Assembly (NCBI GenBank): GCA_002699205.1 | Contig: PABT01000040.1 | Location: forward strand, 139,774 to 203,773 | Source: Allomuricauda sp. | GTDB taxonomy: Bacteria; Bacteroidota; Bacteroidia; Flavobacteriales; Flavobacteriaceae | Length of the DNA: 64,000 nucleotides | Reading direction: 5' to 3' | Shown here: piece by piece, positions 9,082-20,000 of the stretch | Position numbering within the stretch: the first letter of the stretch is position 1 | Layout of the letters: every line of letters begins with the position of its first letter | Made by a program: the position numbers and the translations under genes | The notes under the pieces: model-generated | Databases searched by the model: none | Seen by the model: only the letters and a program-made list of their open reading frames with translations | What the model was told of the DNA's origin: nothing

Positions 9082-11136
9082 TTACTTATTTGTAGAAAAT
9101 AACGGCTGCTTTTTAAGCAACCATTTGATTTGTATCCCCATCTCCGTAAATTGAAATCCAGCTGCCGTAGCAGAGGCAATATTACTGTACTTTCCATATA
9201 AGCCACCCATCAACCGTTTGGAGAACTGATGTTTTATATTCGCTTCTGCCCTAAATATAGAAGTTATGGCATCATCTTCAACTTGTTGTAGTCCTGTTGC
9301 CGCATTGATGCTATAAGTGGATTTGTTACCGAATTTTCCAGCTAGTTCCGCAAAAAACTCACCAACTTGGTACTTTTCTGGGCTAAAATAGATGGTGGGC
9401 ACTTGCTCCGCAAAGGCCAAAAATTGGTAATTAAGCCCAAATTTCAATGTTGGTTTTCTTAAAGCAGTAAAGTACAATGAAGTAAACAACAGTTCACGCT
9501 GATTTTCATCACTCTGTTCCGTATGCATCAATTGTGTGTACCAACCTAATCCAAAGTTGGAGCCTATGTTGTAGTTCAAACCATAATGGTTCATCACGAT
9601 TTCTCGTTCAATCAAATCGGTATTAAAATTTTGCACCTCCCGCTGATAACCCACTTCCAAATTTTGCAAACGGTATGGCTCAGTAACCAATTTGGCATGC
9701 AAAATGGGTTGCGTATAACCATTACCATCAAATTGAGCGTTGTTCAATCCAGCCACTCCAACTACTTTAAGCTTGGGTAACATGGCATAAGTGATTCCTG
9801 CCGTTGCCGTATGTGTATGTGCCTTGGCTGTGGTTTCAGAATTTTCGGTAAGGCGGTACTGATAATTAAAAGTGGACTGTAGTTTGGTTGAAAATGGCAG
9901 GTTTACTGTAGTATTGGAAGCATAGGCCAAATTATTTCCATTATCAAAACTATAAGATACTTGCTCCTGAATCGTTGGACTATAAATGCCATTCATTTTT
10001 TCGAGCAGACCTTTGGCATCTTTTTGATTTTCAAAAATATCCAAGGTTTTATAGGTGGCTACATAAGCCTCATCAATTTTTCCACGGGCAAAAAGAGCGT
10101 TGGCCTTGCCCAAATTCCCATCAAACGAAATACTGTCCGTCTCCAGAATTGTATCATAATGCTTTAAACTGCTTTTAATGTTGCCCGTATACATACCCAG
10201 GGTTGCTTTTAGAGCGGACATCCAGTTACCATCCCCATAGGAGTTGGATAAGCTATCGATATAATTTCTGGCCTGTACAAATTTTCTGTTCCAGATTAAG
10301 GCTTGGGCATAGCGCTCGTAAGTTCTTTCTCTTAGTTTAATATCATCAACAGTATTGACCTTGCTTTTTGCAGTTAATGCAACCTTAAGAGCTTCTTTGT
10401 CATCTTCCCCAATATGTTCGGCAAGGGCTATACCGTTCAATGCCACAATGGAATCCTTTTTGTTTACGGCCAATGTTCTATACGTTGCTTTGGCACTGTC
10501 CACCTCTTTAGTGATCAAATAAATATTGGCAAGATTGAGCAGGGTTTCCTTATCATTTGGGAAATCACTGAAAATAGATGTCAATTTACTTTTGGCGTTA
10601 TCATAATTCTGGTTTTTCATTAAGGTATTGGCCAATCCCAAATTCATATACTTTTTAGAGGTAAGAGCACTTGGGTTTCCGGGTTCAATAGCCAATGCTT
10701 TATCAATCCAAACCAAAGCCGCATCATATTTTTGAAGATTACTGAGTGTGTTCGCATATCCTAGAACTGCGCCAAATTTGTTTGGATAATCTTCTACAAG
10801 TCCTGCGTACATCTTTTCAGCCTCCGTATAGCGTTTTCCCCATAAAAATGATTCATAATAATTGATACGTACCTCATAATCATCGGGGTTCTCTTCCATC
10901 ATACCATTAAATAAGGTATTGGCTTTGTTCGGGTTACCGTTTAGTCCCACAGCACGACCGTAGCATATCTGGGCCGTTTTATTATTGGGGTTGTCTTTAA
11001 GGAAATCACCAAAGAAGTTTTCTGCTTTAGAAAAGTCTCCATTTTCCAAAAGTTGGAAACCAGCATCCATAGAGGACTGTGCAAAAATGCCATAAGAGGC
11101 GAGTATTAAAATGACGGTGTTGACAAAGCGTTTCAT
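9082..11136 (-). CDS. Secreted TPR-repeat protein with C-terminal outer-membrane beta-barrel
   Basis: Signal peptide; about 380 aa of TPR-like helices (e.g. YDAALVWIDKALAIEPGN); about 290 aa of alternating amphipathic strands (FNYQYR, LGWYTQ, FGLNYQF, MGIQIKW). Confidence 0.75.
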   Translation of the reverse strand: MKRFVNTVILILASYGIFAQSSMDAGFQLLENGDFSKAENFFGDFLKDNPNNKTAQICYGRAVGLNGNPNKANTLFNGMMEENPDDYEVRINYYESFLWGKRYTEAEKMYAGLVEDYPNKFGAVLGYANTLSNLQKYDAALVWIDKALAIEPGNPSALTSKKYMNLGLANTLMKNQNYDNAKSKLTSIFSDFPNDKETLLNLANIYLITKEVDSAKATYRTLAVNKKDSIVALNGIALAEHIGEDDKEALKVALTAKSKVNTVDDIKLRERTYERYAQALIWNRKFVQARNYIDSLSNSYGDGNWMSALKATLGMYTGNIKSSLKHYDTILETDSISFDGNLGKANALFARGKIDEAYVATYKTLDIFENQKDAKGLLEKMNGIYSPTIQEQVSYSFDNGNNLAYASNTTVNLPFSTKLQSTFNYQYRLTENSETTAKAHTHTATAGITYAMLPKLKVVGVAGLNNAQFDGNGYTQPILHAKLVTEPYRLQNLEVGYQREVQNFNTDLIEREIVMNHYGLNYNIGSNFGLGWYTQLMHTEQSDENQRELLFTSLYFTALRKPTLKFGLNYQFLAFAEQVPTIYFSPEKYQVGEFFAELAGKFGNKSTYSINAATGLQQVEDDAITSIFRAEANIKHQFSKRLMGGLYGKYSNIASATAAGFQFTEMGIQIKWLLKKQPLFSTNK

Positions 11137-11209
11137 AGGTTAAGCTTTAAGGTTTTTTTGATGATGTAAAGTTAAAACGGGTGTAGCCACAGCGGAAGGG
11201 CGAACTATT

Positions 11210-11279
11210 CCATTCATCTACAGCAATATGCAATCCATCTACACCGACCATTTTAAGACGTCAAACAAGTGGATATTTG
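11210..11279 (+). promoter_or_regulatory. Putative LytTR direct-repeat site and -7 element (STAS-flippase operon)
   Basis: CCATTCATCTACAG (11210) and CAATCCATCTACAC (11231), period 21; GATATTTG at 11272. Confidence 0.75.
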
Positions 11280-11321
11280 TCCTAACAAGTCGAATAATAT
11301 TAACCTTATAATCTAAAAATC

Positions 11322-11600
11322 ATGGCTTTACAAATCACAGAATCTAGAAGGGTTTTTTCTGTAAATGGTAACTTGAACAGTGCCAATATCAAAATATTTG
11401 AAAGACACATGAGGAATTTTATTAAGCGTGGTGCCATCGTTGTATTGGATTTGCAAAAGGTGACCCAAATAGATGATTTGGCCGGTAAGGCATTGATTCA
11501 AATGTTTGCGAACGCCCTTATTTTGGATTGTCAATTCACTATTAAAGGAGGAGTTCCAAAAAACCTTATGCATGAACTATGCTTGGAAGCTAAGCTTTAA
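11322..11600 (+). CDS. STAS-domain protein (anti-anti-sigma-like)
   Basis: 92 aa; VNGNLNSAN...VVLDLQKVTQIDDLAG STAS pattern. Confidence 0.75.
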   Translation: MALQITESRRVFSVNGNLNSANIKIFERHMRNFIKRGAIVVLDLQKVTQIDDLAGKALIQMFANALILDCQFTIKGGVPKNLMHELCLEAKL

Positions 11601-11611
11601 TCCACTACGTT

Positions 11612-12841
11612 ATGACAGCATTAAACCTTGTAATAAAACGAGTTTCTCCCCAACAACTTTTTATGTTGAGTGCCTTATTGGTAAATGGAGGTAATTATAT
11701 ATATAACTTAATTCTTGGCCGTATTCTTGGCCCAGAAGCTTTTGCAGATGCAGCGCTACTTGTGACCCTATTATTGATTCTTTCCTTTTTGGGGATGACG
11801 TTCCAGTTGGTGACCGCAAAATTTATTGCCGCATTGCCAACACAACAATGGGAGCCATTTAGAAATAAAATTGGTGTTTTTGCGCTTTTAGTAGGATCCT
11901 TGTTGGGAGCTGTGGTGTTTTTTGCCGCACCTTTTCTTCAAAATATGTTGCATACTGAAAATGTTCTCATGTTCCGAATTTTTGGAATTGGGGTGCCATT
12001 TTACTTCGTGATGAGTGTAAATAGGGGGCAGTACCAAGGAGAAGAAGCCTTTGGAAAATTATCCATGTCATACCAATTGGAGATGTGGGGACGATTGGTG
12101 ATTACGTTTTTGGCTTTTGTGTTGATTCGTGACCACTTTGGAGCCTTGGTGTCCCTTGGAATTGTAGCCTCGTTGGCATTGGGATTGTTTCCTTTCAAAA
12201 AGTTGCGTTTTAATGTAGTCAAGACCGAGTCCACAGGTTTGGAATGGAACAAAGTTCGAACTTTTATGTTGATCACTGCCTGTTACGAACTTACCCAAAT
12301 CATTATCAACAATAGTGATATCATATTAGTGAAGCACTTTTTTAATGCTCAGGAAGCTGGTCTTTATGCTTCGTTGGCTTTGATAGGGCGTGTGGTCTAC
12401 TTTGTAGCATGGATGTTTGTGATGTTGCTGTTGCCAACAGTGGTGCGTCTAAAGAGAGAAGGTAAACCAACCAAACATGTACTTTTTAAGTATGTGGGAT
12501 ATATCGGGTTGTTGTCCGCAATTATAGTTGGTGCCTGTGTACTTTTCCCCAAATTGATCATCACCATGCTTTTTGGAGAGGCCTATATTTCCATGTCATC
12601 ATTGTTATGGCAATACGCTTTGGCAACCTCGATGTTTTCCATAGCCAACATTTTTACATATTACTTTTTATCCCTAGATCATTATAGGCCAATATGGTTT
12701 TCGGCCATTGCAGGGATATTACAAATTACTTTAATCGTTTTTCTCCATGGTAGTTTGGCCATTATTGTCCAAACACAGATTTTGGTTATGGCATCATTGC
12801 TCATATTTCAATTTCTTTATTTTTTCTCTAGGGAGAAGTGA
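11612..12841 (+). CDS. Oligosaccharide/polysaccharide flippase (Wzx/MOP superfamily)
   Basis: About 12 TM helices; NYIYNLILGRILGPEAF; NNSDIILVKHFFNAQEAGLYA. Confidence 0.88.
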   Translation: MTALNLVIKRVSPQQLFMLSALLVNGGNYIYNLILGRILGPEAFADAALLVTLLLILSFLGMTFQLVTAKFIAALPTQQWEPFRNKIGVFALLVGSLLGAVVFFAAPFLQNMLHTENVLMFRIFGIGVPFYFVMSVNRGQYQGEEAFGKLSMSYQLEMWGRLVITFLAFVLIRDHFGALVSLGIVASLALGLFPFKKLRFNVVKTESTGLEWNKVRTFMLITACYELTQIIINNSDIILVKHFFNAQEAGLYASLALIGRVVYFVAWMFVMLLLPTVVRLKREGKPTKHVLFKYVGYIGLLSAIIVGACVLFPKLIITMLFGEAYISMSSLLWQYALATSMFSIANIFTYYFLSLDHYRPIWFSAIAGILQITLIVFLHGSLAIIVQTQILVMASLLIFQFLYFFSREK

Positions 12842-12868
12842 TACATTTTTGGGTTTTTTAGATAGGTG

Positions 12869-12905
12869 AAAAGGCTGGGTACACCCATGGTACCTGGCTT
12901 TTTTT
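12869..12905 (+). terminator. Intrinsic terminator after flippase
   Basis: AAAAGGCTGGGTAC-ACCCATG-GTACCTGGCTTTTTTT. Confidence 0.7.
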
Positions 12906-12936
12906 GTTCCAATTTTATCTTGTCCCCAGAGGTTTT

Positions 12937-13006
12937 CCATTCATCTACACTTTAAGTCTGTCCATCCCGTAATGCATTTTTTTGCAAGGGTTTATGTGGA
13001 TATTTG
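12937..13006 (+). promoter_or_regulatory. Putative LytTR direct-repeat site and -7 element (GT4)
   Basis: CCATTCATCTACAC (12937), TCCATC at 12961 (+21), GATATTTG at 12999 (+38). Confidence 0.75.
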
Positions 13007-13034
13007 TATCAACAAAACAAGTAAACTTAACCTT

Positions 13035-14270
13035 ATGAAACTAGCAATTGTCACGGCCTACCCACCAAGTAAAGTTACCCTTACCGAGTATGGATACCAT
13101 CTTGTAAAACATTTTAGGCTTCAAGATAAAGTAAGCGAAATTGTTCTACTTGCCGATAAAACAGAAGCCCCCAAAGATTTGTCTTTTGAGGAAGAAGGTT
13201 GCCCCATCACCGTAAAGGAATGTTGGAACTTCAACGATATTAAAAATCTTTACAAAGTAGCAAAGGCCATTAAGCAAGAAAAACCGGATGCGGTATTGTT
13301 CAACCTTCAATTTTTGAAGTTTGGGGATAAAAAGATACCTGCCGCTCTTGGATTATTGTTGCCCTTTGTTTGTAGAATAATGGGTATCCCAACCATTTCT
13401 TTGTTGCACAATATTTTGGAACAAGTGGATTTGGAAAATGCTGGAATCACTCAAAATGGATTCCTTCAAAAAATATATAATTTTATTGGAACCACTTTGA
13501 CCCGTTTTGTTCTAGCTTCCGATGTGTTAGCGGTCACCATCAGCAAGTATAAAACCATTTTGGAGAAAAAATACAAGGTAAAGAATGTAGCATTGGTACC
13601 CCACGGGGCTTTTGAAACTCCACCAGCACCAAACTATGCTTTACCAGAAGGTCCAATGCAGATTATGGCATTTGGTAAGTTCGGAACCTACAAAAAAGTG
13701 GAGCCTTTAATAGAGGCAGTGGAACTGTTGCGTAAAAAGACCGACCTGGATTTAGAAATTGTTATTGCCGGGACCGATAGCCCTAACACTCCAGGGTACT
13801 TGGAAAACGTAAAAAACACCTACAGCCAAGTTAAAAACATGAGATTTACTGGATATGTGGCCGAGGAAGATGTACCAAAAATATTTGGTGACAGTGCAGT
13901 AGTTGTTTTCCCATACACTTCGACAACAGGTAGCTCGGGCGTATTGCACCAAGCTGGAAGTTATGGAAAAGCAGTAGTTCTGCCGGATTTGGGCGATCTT
14001 GGAATCTTGGTTAGGGAAGAAGGTTATAGAGGCGAGTTCTTTGAAACCGAAAATGCTGAATCTTTAGCATCGGCCCTTGAAAATATTTTGACCAATGAGG
14101 CTTACCGTATCCAATTGGGACAACAAAATTATGAAGCAGCTTGTTCATTGCCAATGTCCAAGATTACGGAAATGTACTTGGATCTATTTAAAGCTATTCA
14201 GCTTAAAAAAGGATTGTTGCCATTTAACGAGCAAGAAGTGAAAAAAATTAAAGAGACTACTAACGTTTAG
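13035..14270 (+). CDS. GT4 (GT-B fold) glycosyltransferase
   Basis: AFGKFGTYKKVE, FTGYVAEEDV, VVVFPY...SSGVLHQAGSYGKAVV. Start at 13035 because the promoter lies inside the longer ORF. Confidence 0.9.
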   Translation: MKLAIVTAYPPSKVTLTEYGYHLVKHFRLQDKVSEIVLLADKTEAPKDLSFEEEGCPITVKECWNFNDIKNLYKVAKAIKQEKPDAVLFNLQFLKFGDKKIPAALGLLLPFVCRIMGIPTISLLHNILEQVDLENAGITQNGFLQKIYNFIGTTLTRFVLASDVLAVTISKYKTILEKKYKVKNVALVPHGAFETPPAPNYALPEGPMQIMAFGKFGTYKKVEPLIEAVELLRKKTDLDLEIVIAGTDSPNTPGYLENVKNTYSQVKNMRFTGYVAEEDVPKIFGDSAVVVFPYTSTTGSSGVLHQAGSYGKAVVLPDLGDLGILVREEGYRGEFFETENAESLASALENILTNEAYRIQLGQQNYEAACSLPMSKITEMYLDLFKAIQLKKGLLPFNEQEVKKIKETTNV

Positions 14271-14288
14271 GTTTTTAGGTTGAGTGTG

Positions 14289-14322
14289 AAAAGGGGGGTG
14301 ACTATTTTAGTTGTCCCCTTTT
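14289..14322. terminator. Bidirectional terminator between convergent GT4 and GH genes
   Basis: AAAAGGGGGGTGACTATTTTAGTTGTCCCCTTTT. Confidence 0.6.
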
Positions 14323-15839
14323 CTTTTTGTAGTAACCTCCCCGTATGCAGGTTTTCGGTTGCCATCGGAATCTATAAGGCCATAATGCTTTTGAGGAGCC
14401 CTTCGCCAAGGTTTTCGACCTACGACTTGCGTTGGTACAGTTCCAAAATCATGCAAGGTCCACATAAAATAAGGGAGCTGCTCTTTGGACAATACTTTCT
14501 GCATTTTATTATAATAGGCCGCTTGAGAATTTTCTGAATTGGTGAACAAATTCCATACACAGCTGTAGCTGGACTTTCCATATTCCCCTAAAACCAAAGG
14601 TTTATGCCCTACAGCATCCTTCAATACCAAAAAACGATCCATTAAATGTTCAGGAGCCTCATAATAGTGGAAAGAAACAAAATCCACGGTTTTTACCAAG
14701 TTAACAGCAGCTTCAGGCGTAGCCCAACCAATGGTTACGGGATGTAAACCATCAATCTTTTTAATCTGTGCTGCCATTTCGGACAACCAGTTCAATACAT
14801 TGTTCTTGCCCCGAGATTCAAAATCCAAATCTGGTTCGTTTTTAATATCCCAACCTAGTAGAGCTTTATGAGTTTTTAAATGGGAAACAATAGTTTCGGC
14901 ATGTCTATGGGTCAGTGTCCAGTCTAAAATGTCATAATTACCATAAAAATCAAAAAGGGTGACCAAAACTTTGAGCTCATGTTCCGCTGCTATATCCAAT
15001 AATTTCGATAATTGTTGGAGGTATTCATCCTTAACGTTAGCTTTCCCAAAAGTTTCGTACGGTACAAAAACACGAACCGTATTTAATCCCATGTTATGTA
15101 TCGTTTCAAAATCATCAGAGATCGGAGAAGCATCAAAATGGTTCCCGAACATATCCCATGGATGGTCTTTTGGGTAATAGTTGATTCCTTTCCAACTTTT
15201 GGCGTTGAATGTAATCTCTTCGGCTTGCTTTTCATGGATAGTGGTGGTGGGCAGTTTTACCATTTGACGGATTCTCCAAAACCCATCTTCCAACAATAGA
15301 ATCACTTTATAGGAACTTATTGTTTTTTGTTGGTGCAACAGTTCTCCGGAAGCATATATTTTTTCAAACTGAGATACATTTTTATCCGTGAGCACGGCAA
15401 GTTTGCCATCCAAACTGTAAAATTCAAGCTTAGGCTCGTGCGATAGGGTAGTGGTCTCTATTGTAATAGCGTTGTCTTGGTTGTTTTTGATCAAGGCATG
15501 TATTTGGGACCGGGCATCCTGGGTGTAATAATCCTCAACGCCCAAATGATTGTAAGAGTTAAGGGCAATGCTCTTAACATACCAAGCGTTCACATAGTCT
15601 TTCTCTAGTTCGCCAAGTGCCTGATCGGAAATTTTTCTACCCCGTTGTTCTTTTAAATCCCAAGTAATCTTGGGTTGGTACGCTTTTTCAATGGCTCCGC
15701 CAATATGAAGAATGGTAGATTTATCGGCACCAGTGTTCAAAAAACTCCAAGCAGCAGCCAATCCATAAATAATCCCGGCATTTATGGCCAAAAAGCTCAA
15801 AAGGAGCAAAGCACGGTATGTGTTTTTCTTTACCATCAT
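14307..15839 (-). CDS. Membrane-anchored clan GH-A (GH5-like) glycoside hydrolase
   Basis: N-terminal TM helix; KGINYYP, GLNTVRVF, WDIKNEP (acid/base), SFHYY, VLGEYG (nucleophile), WTLHD. Confidence 0.85.
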   Translation of the reverse strand: MMVKKNTYRALLLLSFLAINAGIIYGLAAAWSFLNTGADKSTILHIGGAIEKAYQPKITWDLKEQRGRKISDQALGELEKDYVNAWYVKSIALNSYNHLGVEDYYTQDARSQIHALIKNNQDNAITIETTTLSHEPKLEFYSLDGKLAVLTDKNVSQFEKIYASGELLHQQKTISSYKVILLLEDGFWRIRQMVKLPTTTIHEKQAEEITFNAKSWKGINYYPKDHPWDMFGNHFDASPISDDFETIHNMGLNTVRVFVPYETFGKANVKDEYLQQLSKLLDIAAEHELKVLVTLFDFYGNYDILDWTLTHRHAETIVSHLKTHKALLGWDIKNEPDLDFESRGKNNVLNWLSEMAAQIKKIDGLHPVTIGWATPEAAVNLVKTVDFVSFHYYEAPEHLMDRFLVLKDAVGHKPLVLGEYGKSSYSCVWNLFTNSENSQAAYYNKMQKVLSKEQLPYFMWTLHDFGTVPTQVVGRKPWRRAPQKHYGLIDSDGNRKPAYGEVTTKRKGDN

Positions 15840-17056
15840 TTTGGAGTGCCCTGGATTGTTTTAGTGATACCGGCTACCGTTGTTGTTAAGATAATCTCAT
15901 CTACGTTGATGCTGTTGGGTACAATAAAGGTCCCCATACCTTTTCTAGAGCTGGTGTTGAAGGTTCGTATGGTTTGTCCTTCGAATGTTTTGATATCCAA
16001 CCTCATATTCATGCCATCTGGTACCCACTGGTTCATGTAGCTTAGAATGGGGCCAACAGTAATTGTTTTGCCATCCTTGGCCATATGGATAGCGTAATCC
16101 AAGACTGCAGCTTCAAAATCCAGTTCCAAAAGATTGCTTATGGATGTGCCGCTGATGTTCGCATTTACCTTCCAATGGCTCGGTACCTCTGGATGCAACA
16201 TTTTCCCCTCGGCCATACCATTTAGGGTTTGTCCATAGGTTTGATATTGGTTTCCAGAGTTGTCTTTGATTATAAAATTGACCAAAGTGCCGTCCGCAAC
16301 CATATTCCCGTGCACATCGTTTATGGTAGACGTTTTAAAGGAAACAATCTGGTTGCCATCCGCAAAACGGTGCTGTCTGTCCATTTGTATGATAAAATCA
16401 TCCGCTCTTGTGGGTAGCACATTCACGGTAAATTCTTTGGAAACTTGTTTTTCTAAGGTGGTGGTGATAAAAATGTCACCAACTTTTTTTCTAGCTCCAA
16501 CGTAATCGTGGGCAATCAAGTCTAGTAGTTCAATTGGACTGCTTTGTTGTTCTTCCTTGAATTTTTCGGTCAGATTTAGTTTTGTGCCTTCTGGTAATGG
16601 GTTCCCAAATTCATCTTGTGGTAATGTAACCACCATAGATCGGTCCTTGTTGTCCGCAAAAATGCTGGTAGGCCCAATGTACGTTTCCATCTCTTTTGAT
16701 GAATTGTGGCTTGGAAGTATGTTGAGGTCCCCCTCAGACATTATGGAGCTATTAGATATCAATTTCCAATGGGCCTCCCCACTTTTTTGAGCAACGGATG
16801 TGGGCAGAGTAAAAGACAATTGTATTTCGGTAGTATCCGGTTGAAGGCCAAATGTCCCCCACGCATTTTGAATCAAGAGTATTTGATTGCTGGGTTTTCC
16901 ATCAAACCGTAGGTTTATGGCTTCGCCAGCAACAAACTCCTTTTGTTTGGTCAATAGATCAATAGGCTTTGGTACTGAAGCGGTCTCTGTATCCACTGAA
17001 TTGGAACAACCAGCAAGTGCCAAACAAAAAATCCATATGTAATAATATAGTTTCAT
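15836..17056 (-). CDS. Lipoprotein with repeated Ig-like (Big_1/invasin-like) domains
   Basis: Lipobox LAGC; three related motifs DEFGNPLPEGT, DVHGNMVADGT, YMNQWVPDGM; ATGA overlap with the GH gene. Confidence 0.7.
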   Translation of the reverse strand: MKLYYYIWIFCLALAGCSNSVDTETASVPKPIDLLTKQKEFVAGEAINLRFDGKPSNQILLIQNAWGTFGLQPDTTEIQLSFTLPTSVAQKSGEAHWKLISNSSIMSEGDLNILPSHNSSKEMETYIGPTSIFADNKDRSMVVTLPQDEFGNPLPEGTKLNLTEKFKEEQQSSPIELLDLIAHDYVGARKKVGDIFITTTLEKQVSKEFTVNVLPTRADDFIIQMDRQHRFADGNQIVSFKTSTINDVHGNMVADGTLVNFIIKDNSGNQYQTYGQTLNGMAEGKMLHPEVPSHWKVNANISGTSISNLLELDFEAAVLDYAIHMAKDGKTITVGPILSYMNQWVPDGMNMRLDIKTFEGQTIRTFNTSSRKGMGTFIVPNSINVDEIILTTTVAGITKTIQGTPK

Positions 17057-20000
17057 TTATTTGGGGTTGCCTATATAATTGTTCAATTCAATTTGAAAAT
17101 ACGTATAGCCTTTGCCTGTATAAGGTTTCATCATTTCCCATTTTAAATCCTCGTTTCTTTCACCAAAATAGCTGTTTGAAATATCAGAGTTCGGCATGCC
17201 GTTCACATAACAATTGTCCAGTCCATCAGCTATAATCTCCAAGTTGGTCAAATCCCTCATGGTAATTTCGAAAGACTGTTTTCGCTGAATTCGAATACCA
17301 TCCAGCGTAAAATGATGCTCCACCCATAAAAGTTCACCTTCTTCTGTGTAATATGAAGTCAAAACCTGTGGAATGGTTACTTCTTGGGCGCCATAGTTGA
17401 AAAGCGTTCCCTTTAAAAAATCTTGCTCCAGTGTCCATTCTTGCAGGGCGACCGATTTATATAAATCTGTAGTGGCCACATTTCCGGCACATTGTAGATC
17501 AAAGGTAACAGGTTGTTCATCGAGACTGATAGGGGTAAACTGGTCTGGATTAAAAGTTGGCGGCAAAGTATCTTTGGTGGATGACCATGCAATTCCTTCA
17601 AAATCTACTCGAAACGTAGTGGTTTCCTTGGGCATTAATTTATGCTTTGCATGAAATTTAGCATCGTATTGTGCCAATTGTGTATTGTTCTTATTGTACA
17701 GGGTGCCTTTTATGGAGACATCTGCAGGTACATTATCAATATTCTGAAGTTTTCCAATAATACTGTAGCTTCCTTGATACTTTACCAATTTGGCGGATAA
17801 AACCTCTAAAAGTGGTTGCCGCAGAATATCCTCATGATAGGTTTGCTGGGTGGTTATACGCCTACGTCCATGGTTGTAATACTGGGTTTTGTTGGAGGTT
17901 ATCAACTGGTTGGGCGGAATATCGGCATCCACTTTTTTGGGTTTGATATACCATCTGCCTTTCTTTTTGACCAACGTGTGTTGATACGATCTGTCCACTT
18001 TTTCCAGTGGGGTAATCCATTTGGTGTCCACTTGCATCTCCACAGAACTCTCGGATTTTTTTTGGACAGTGATTCCCATGGAATCCAATTTGGCATAAGA
18101 ACTCAATAATCCATCTGTTACCGAAACTTCCAACATATATTGGGAGAGGTCTACGTTTTCATCGGGGTCAAGATAGGAGTGTGCTCTTTCAAATTCTTTA
18201 AAATCCAAGGCGTCATAATAGGCTTTTACCACATTTTCGGCACTTATTTGGCTGGCATTGTCCAGATAGAAATGATAAATTCCGAAAATAAAAATCCCAA
18301 TTACCGCTATGGCCCAAGCTCCATTGATCAAGGAAAGCCCTTTGGAGATTCCGTTAAACTTTGGGGCATGTAAAAAATAGTCATCCGTTTTTTGGGAATG
18401 TCCTTTTAATTTTTTGTACCACGGTACTTGAATATTGATAATGAATGCCAAAATCAAAGTTCCCACGGGAATCAATCCCCACATCAATTTTAAAAAATTA
18501 GGGACATCGTCTTTGGGAATTACTTTGGGCAACGGAGAAATATTGAGCCGCTCCCATACCATAATGCCATTTTCCAGTTGCTGTAGCCGTTGCCATCCGC
18601 AGAAATAGAGGATAGGGTCGTAAAACTTATCGTTGGAAAAAATATATTTTAAATTGTATTTCTCGGGAACGGTTAAAAACTGTTGTAGGGACCCAATTCC
18701 TTCAACCCCTCTAAATTTTGAATTTTCCAATCGTTCAATGGCTCTAGTGGTCAGTTCGGGAAGCCTCCTTGCCGAGTGGTAATTGCCATCAACGGTCATG
18801 GCATTGGTTTGTGCGGAAAGCCATGCCATTTGATCTCCAAAACCAAGCGGTAGATATCGCCATTTATCGTGCTGATCCTGGTTCAAAAAATTAACGATCG
18901 GCAGCATATTGATTTTCTGGGGTTGCGATGGCCTAAAATAATTTAAGCTCATGGTAAATATGGCGACCACAATAAAAGAAATTCCCAGACCACCGGCCAA
19001 TACGTAGTGCAATGGTTTTTTAAAAGCTTTTAGCAATTGTTCACGTATATCGCCCTCTACCAAACGATAAACAAATTCCCCGAAAATGGGTAATGACATT
19101 ATGGTGGCCCAAAGTGTGAACCGGTCCAAAGTGAGGATGTTAAAGGCAGTATCTCCAAGTAACATTTTTGGCAGGGGAGTGGTGCCTCCCGTTCCCAATA
19201 AGGTCAACATGGAAAACGAGAGTCCAAAAAATAATAGCCTTTTACTATAAAAACGATAGAAAAAATATGGTAAAATGAACAACAGTATTCCCCAAGGTAT
19301 CAAGAAAAAGACCAGACCGGAGGAGGTGACTTCCAGAAAATTGTCCCTAGAGCCATGTGGAATAGGAACCTGTGTAATCGGGTTTTTCTTGGAGTTGATC
19401 CAATAGGGCAGAATACAGAACACAATGGCAACCAAAGATCCTCCGCCAAAAATGACAATGCGCCAGAACAATCTTTTGAATTGCTGAAAGAATACTTTAA
19501 AGGTAATCCGGGTGTTTATTTGTACCGCTTCTTTGGCGGCGTCCATGATCACCAGTCCGATAAGTGGAAAGATAAAGAAGATCATCCCAAAAATAGGGGT
19601 AACGTGGTGGGAGGCCACGGTGACCGCAATCATGGAAAGCGAAGAAAGTAATTTAAACTTTCTCCCTGTTTTTATCCAACTGTAAATTTCTGGTAGTGCA
19701 TGCAGAAGAATGGAAATCCCCATTAAACTGGGCAGTTGGCCAAATATGTGCAAAGTCTCCAAGAACATGGATGAAAAAGCAGCGAGTAGCGCTGTATATC
19801 CAGCAATTTTAGTATTTGCCGTAATGACCAACGCAAAACGATATGCCCCGGTTATGAACAATGCTATAATAAGGAGTGCCATGGTGAACATCCCGAACTT
19901 TAATCCACCGATGTACGAAAGCAGGGCAATGCATTGATGCACCAGTGGGGGATAGCCCTGTACCGTAAATCCAGTGTACCAGCGGTAATCCCATGGTTCG

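Noticed and set aside
12972-13034. Longer N-terminus of GT4 given by the ORF track (similar extensions at 5427, 5974, 31994 and 55469)
   Set aside because: The extensions overlap promoters or upstream genes and precede the family's natural N-terminus
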